Assembly (NCBI GenBank): GCA_051294375.1
Contig: CM119267.1
Coordinates: 13,814,832-13,878,831 of the forward strand
Reading direction: 5' to 3'
Length of the DNA: 64,000 nt
Source of the DNA: Paraspadella gotoi
Lineage: Eukaryota; Animalia; Chaetognatha
The notes under the pieces are model-generated. The model made no database searches. It was not told the origin of the DNA and was given only the letters and a program-made list of their open reading frames with translations. Positions 62,129-64,000 of the stretch are shown here, in pieces. Positions within the stretch are counted from its first letter, which is position 1; each line of letters begins with the position of its first letter. A program made the translations under genes and the position numbers.

Positions 62129-62894
62129 GAATTTTTGGGACAGACTCAATTTAAACGGATTAAATGCATTTCAAAATCTTGTTAACTGTCATCATTATTA
62201 TAATTTAAGAATACTAAGAAATCANNNNNNNNNNNNNNNNNNNNNNNNNNNNNNNNNNNNNNNNNNNNNNNNNNNNNNNNNNNNNNNNNNNNNNNNNNNN
62301 NNNNNNNNNNNNNNNNNNNNNNNNNNNNNNNNNNNNNNNNNNNNNNNNNNNNNNNNNNNNNNNNNNNNNNNNNNNNNNNNNNCGGTGTTTTTGTTGATAC
62401 ACTGTAGACGGCGCTCGCCTCGGCTTTTGTTATGGTAATTTCCCAAGCCCGTCTCTCTTTGCGTTCAGTGGCGATTATTCCGCCGGAAGTCGGAGGCGGC
62501 GTTCTCTGCGTCTCTCGGCGTTAGCGCCAGAGCTGGCGTCGGTTCCGTAACAGGCGTTAACGTAATACTTTAAGTTCGGTGAAGAAGATTTCCGATCATT
62601 CGACCGAGAAAACGTCCTTGTTCATTTTCTCTTATTCGTGAATCGAACCCGAGACTTTCCCGACTCACGATCCGCGTCACGATGACGACGTTTTTTTGAA
62701 AACTTTTTTCCTTCCGCTGGGTTCCTCCTTTAAGTTTAACACTTTCCAAATCGTTTCGAAAAAAAAAAACAAATAAAAAGAAAAAAACCCTGGAGTCTCA
62801 GAGTCGCAGATGCCCGACCCTCGATTTCAGAGGAAAATTCCTTTCCTTCCGAAATTCTTCGAGTTGCGTCCTTTCCCATTTTTTTTGGCAGTCG

Positions 62895-63014
<120 letters not shown>

Positions 63015-63782
63015 CCCAATCACCTCTTTTTCTTTCCCACCTTTTTCTGTCACCCTCTCTTTCCTTTCCTCCTTCCTCCCTCTTCCTTCCTTTTTCTCGG
63101 GCGCCTTTCAGCAGTGACCCGAAACCGTAACGACCCACCGGGGAATTCCGCCGACGTCTGCTGAGACTAAAACTGAGTCGCGATTAAAACTATTGTTTTT
63201 TTGTTTGTTTTTTTCTTTTTTGAAGGACGGTGGTTTGACGAGGACGATAAGACTGAATTTCAGGCGAGATTGAAGATTTTCTTTGTCAACGATAAAAATC
63301 CAATTTTTTTTTCTCGATAATTACGTATCAAACGTTCTCTGGACAAAAAAAAAAAAAAAAAANNNNNNNNNNNNNNNNNNNNNNNNNNNNNNNNNNNNNN
63401 NNNNNNNNNNNNNNNNNNNNNNNNNNNNNNNNNNNNNNNNNNACCGCCAGGAAAATTGCATCATTGCCAATAATATACAAGACGTTCGGCTTGCCCTTGC
63501 GTGGACACAAAATTCCAAATTCTTAAGAAGAACGGAAACGAGGCTGAGCCTAAGAATGTCAATTGCAACGAAAAAGATATTTTTAAAACCCAGGACTCTT
63601 ACTCGCAGATTCCCTTTTATTTTCGCCGAACAGTATTTCTCGGAAATTCACGTGGCAGCTGTGCTGATAGAGAGTCCATTAGCGACCAGGGCGCGGGACT
63701 CGAGAGGCGTCTCGCGTGACACCGGCCATGATGCTGGCTTGCGCCGCCCTCTTCAACGCCGCGTCCCCCCACGATTACACGG

Positions 63783-63875
63783 TCCCCATCGACGACGCCG
63801 CTCCTCATCGACGACGCCGCTCCTCATCGACGACGCCGCTCCTCATCGACGACGCCGCTCCCCATCGACGACGCC
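63783..63875 (+). repeat. 19-bp minisatellite, ~5 copies of CATCGACGACGCCGCTCCT
   Basis: Direct tandem units visible. Confidence 0.9.
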
Positions 63876-64000
63876 TTCTTTCATCTCGTTGTCGATGATT
63901 GATCTTTTTTTTCCGAGTTTTTTTTTCTTTTTTCGTTTCCTTTTGAATCGCAAGAAGCAGAAGCGACCATAGCGACGAGGCGGAACGAAGGAGAAAGAGA

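Overview
Eukaryotic DNA, most likely an invertebrate animal: AT-rich introns, many (AG)n/(TTTC)n microsatellites, CpG-rich GC islands and GT-AG introns. There is no prokaryotic operon or CRISPR content. One complete gene can be reconstructed: a 3-exon, minus-strand SLC6/NSS (sodium:neurotransmitter symporter) family member, with exons 14903-14805, 12566-11860 and 8360-5702 (3465 nt, 1154 aa). It is the most interesting biology here. It keeps the 12-TM SLC6 scaffold, but by manual motif alignment nearly every canonical substrate, gate, Na2 and Cl- residue is replaced. It also has a ~150-aa EL2 insert with an 8-Cys module and a ~465-aa acidic tail ending in a class I PDZ motif. Mobile DNA includes a Ty3/Gypsy integrase + PPT + partial LTR fragment, a Penelope-like GIY-YIG fragment, degenerate Penelope-type hammerhead-like motifs and several small non-autonomous repeats. 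Most of 27.6-60.6 kb consists of direct and inverted, indel-riddled copies of 10.7-27.6 kb next to N gaps. These are most parsimoniously long-read gap-filling or uncollapsed-haplotype artefacts rather than real duplications. All alignments were done by eye and no database searches were run.
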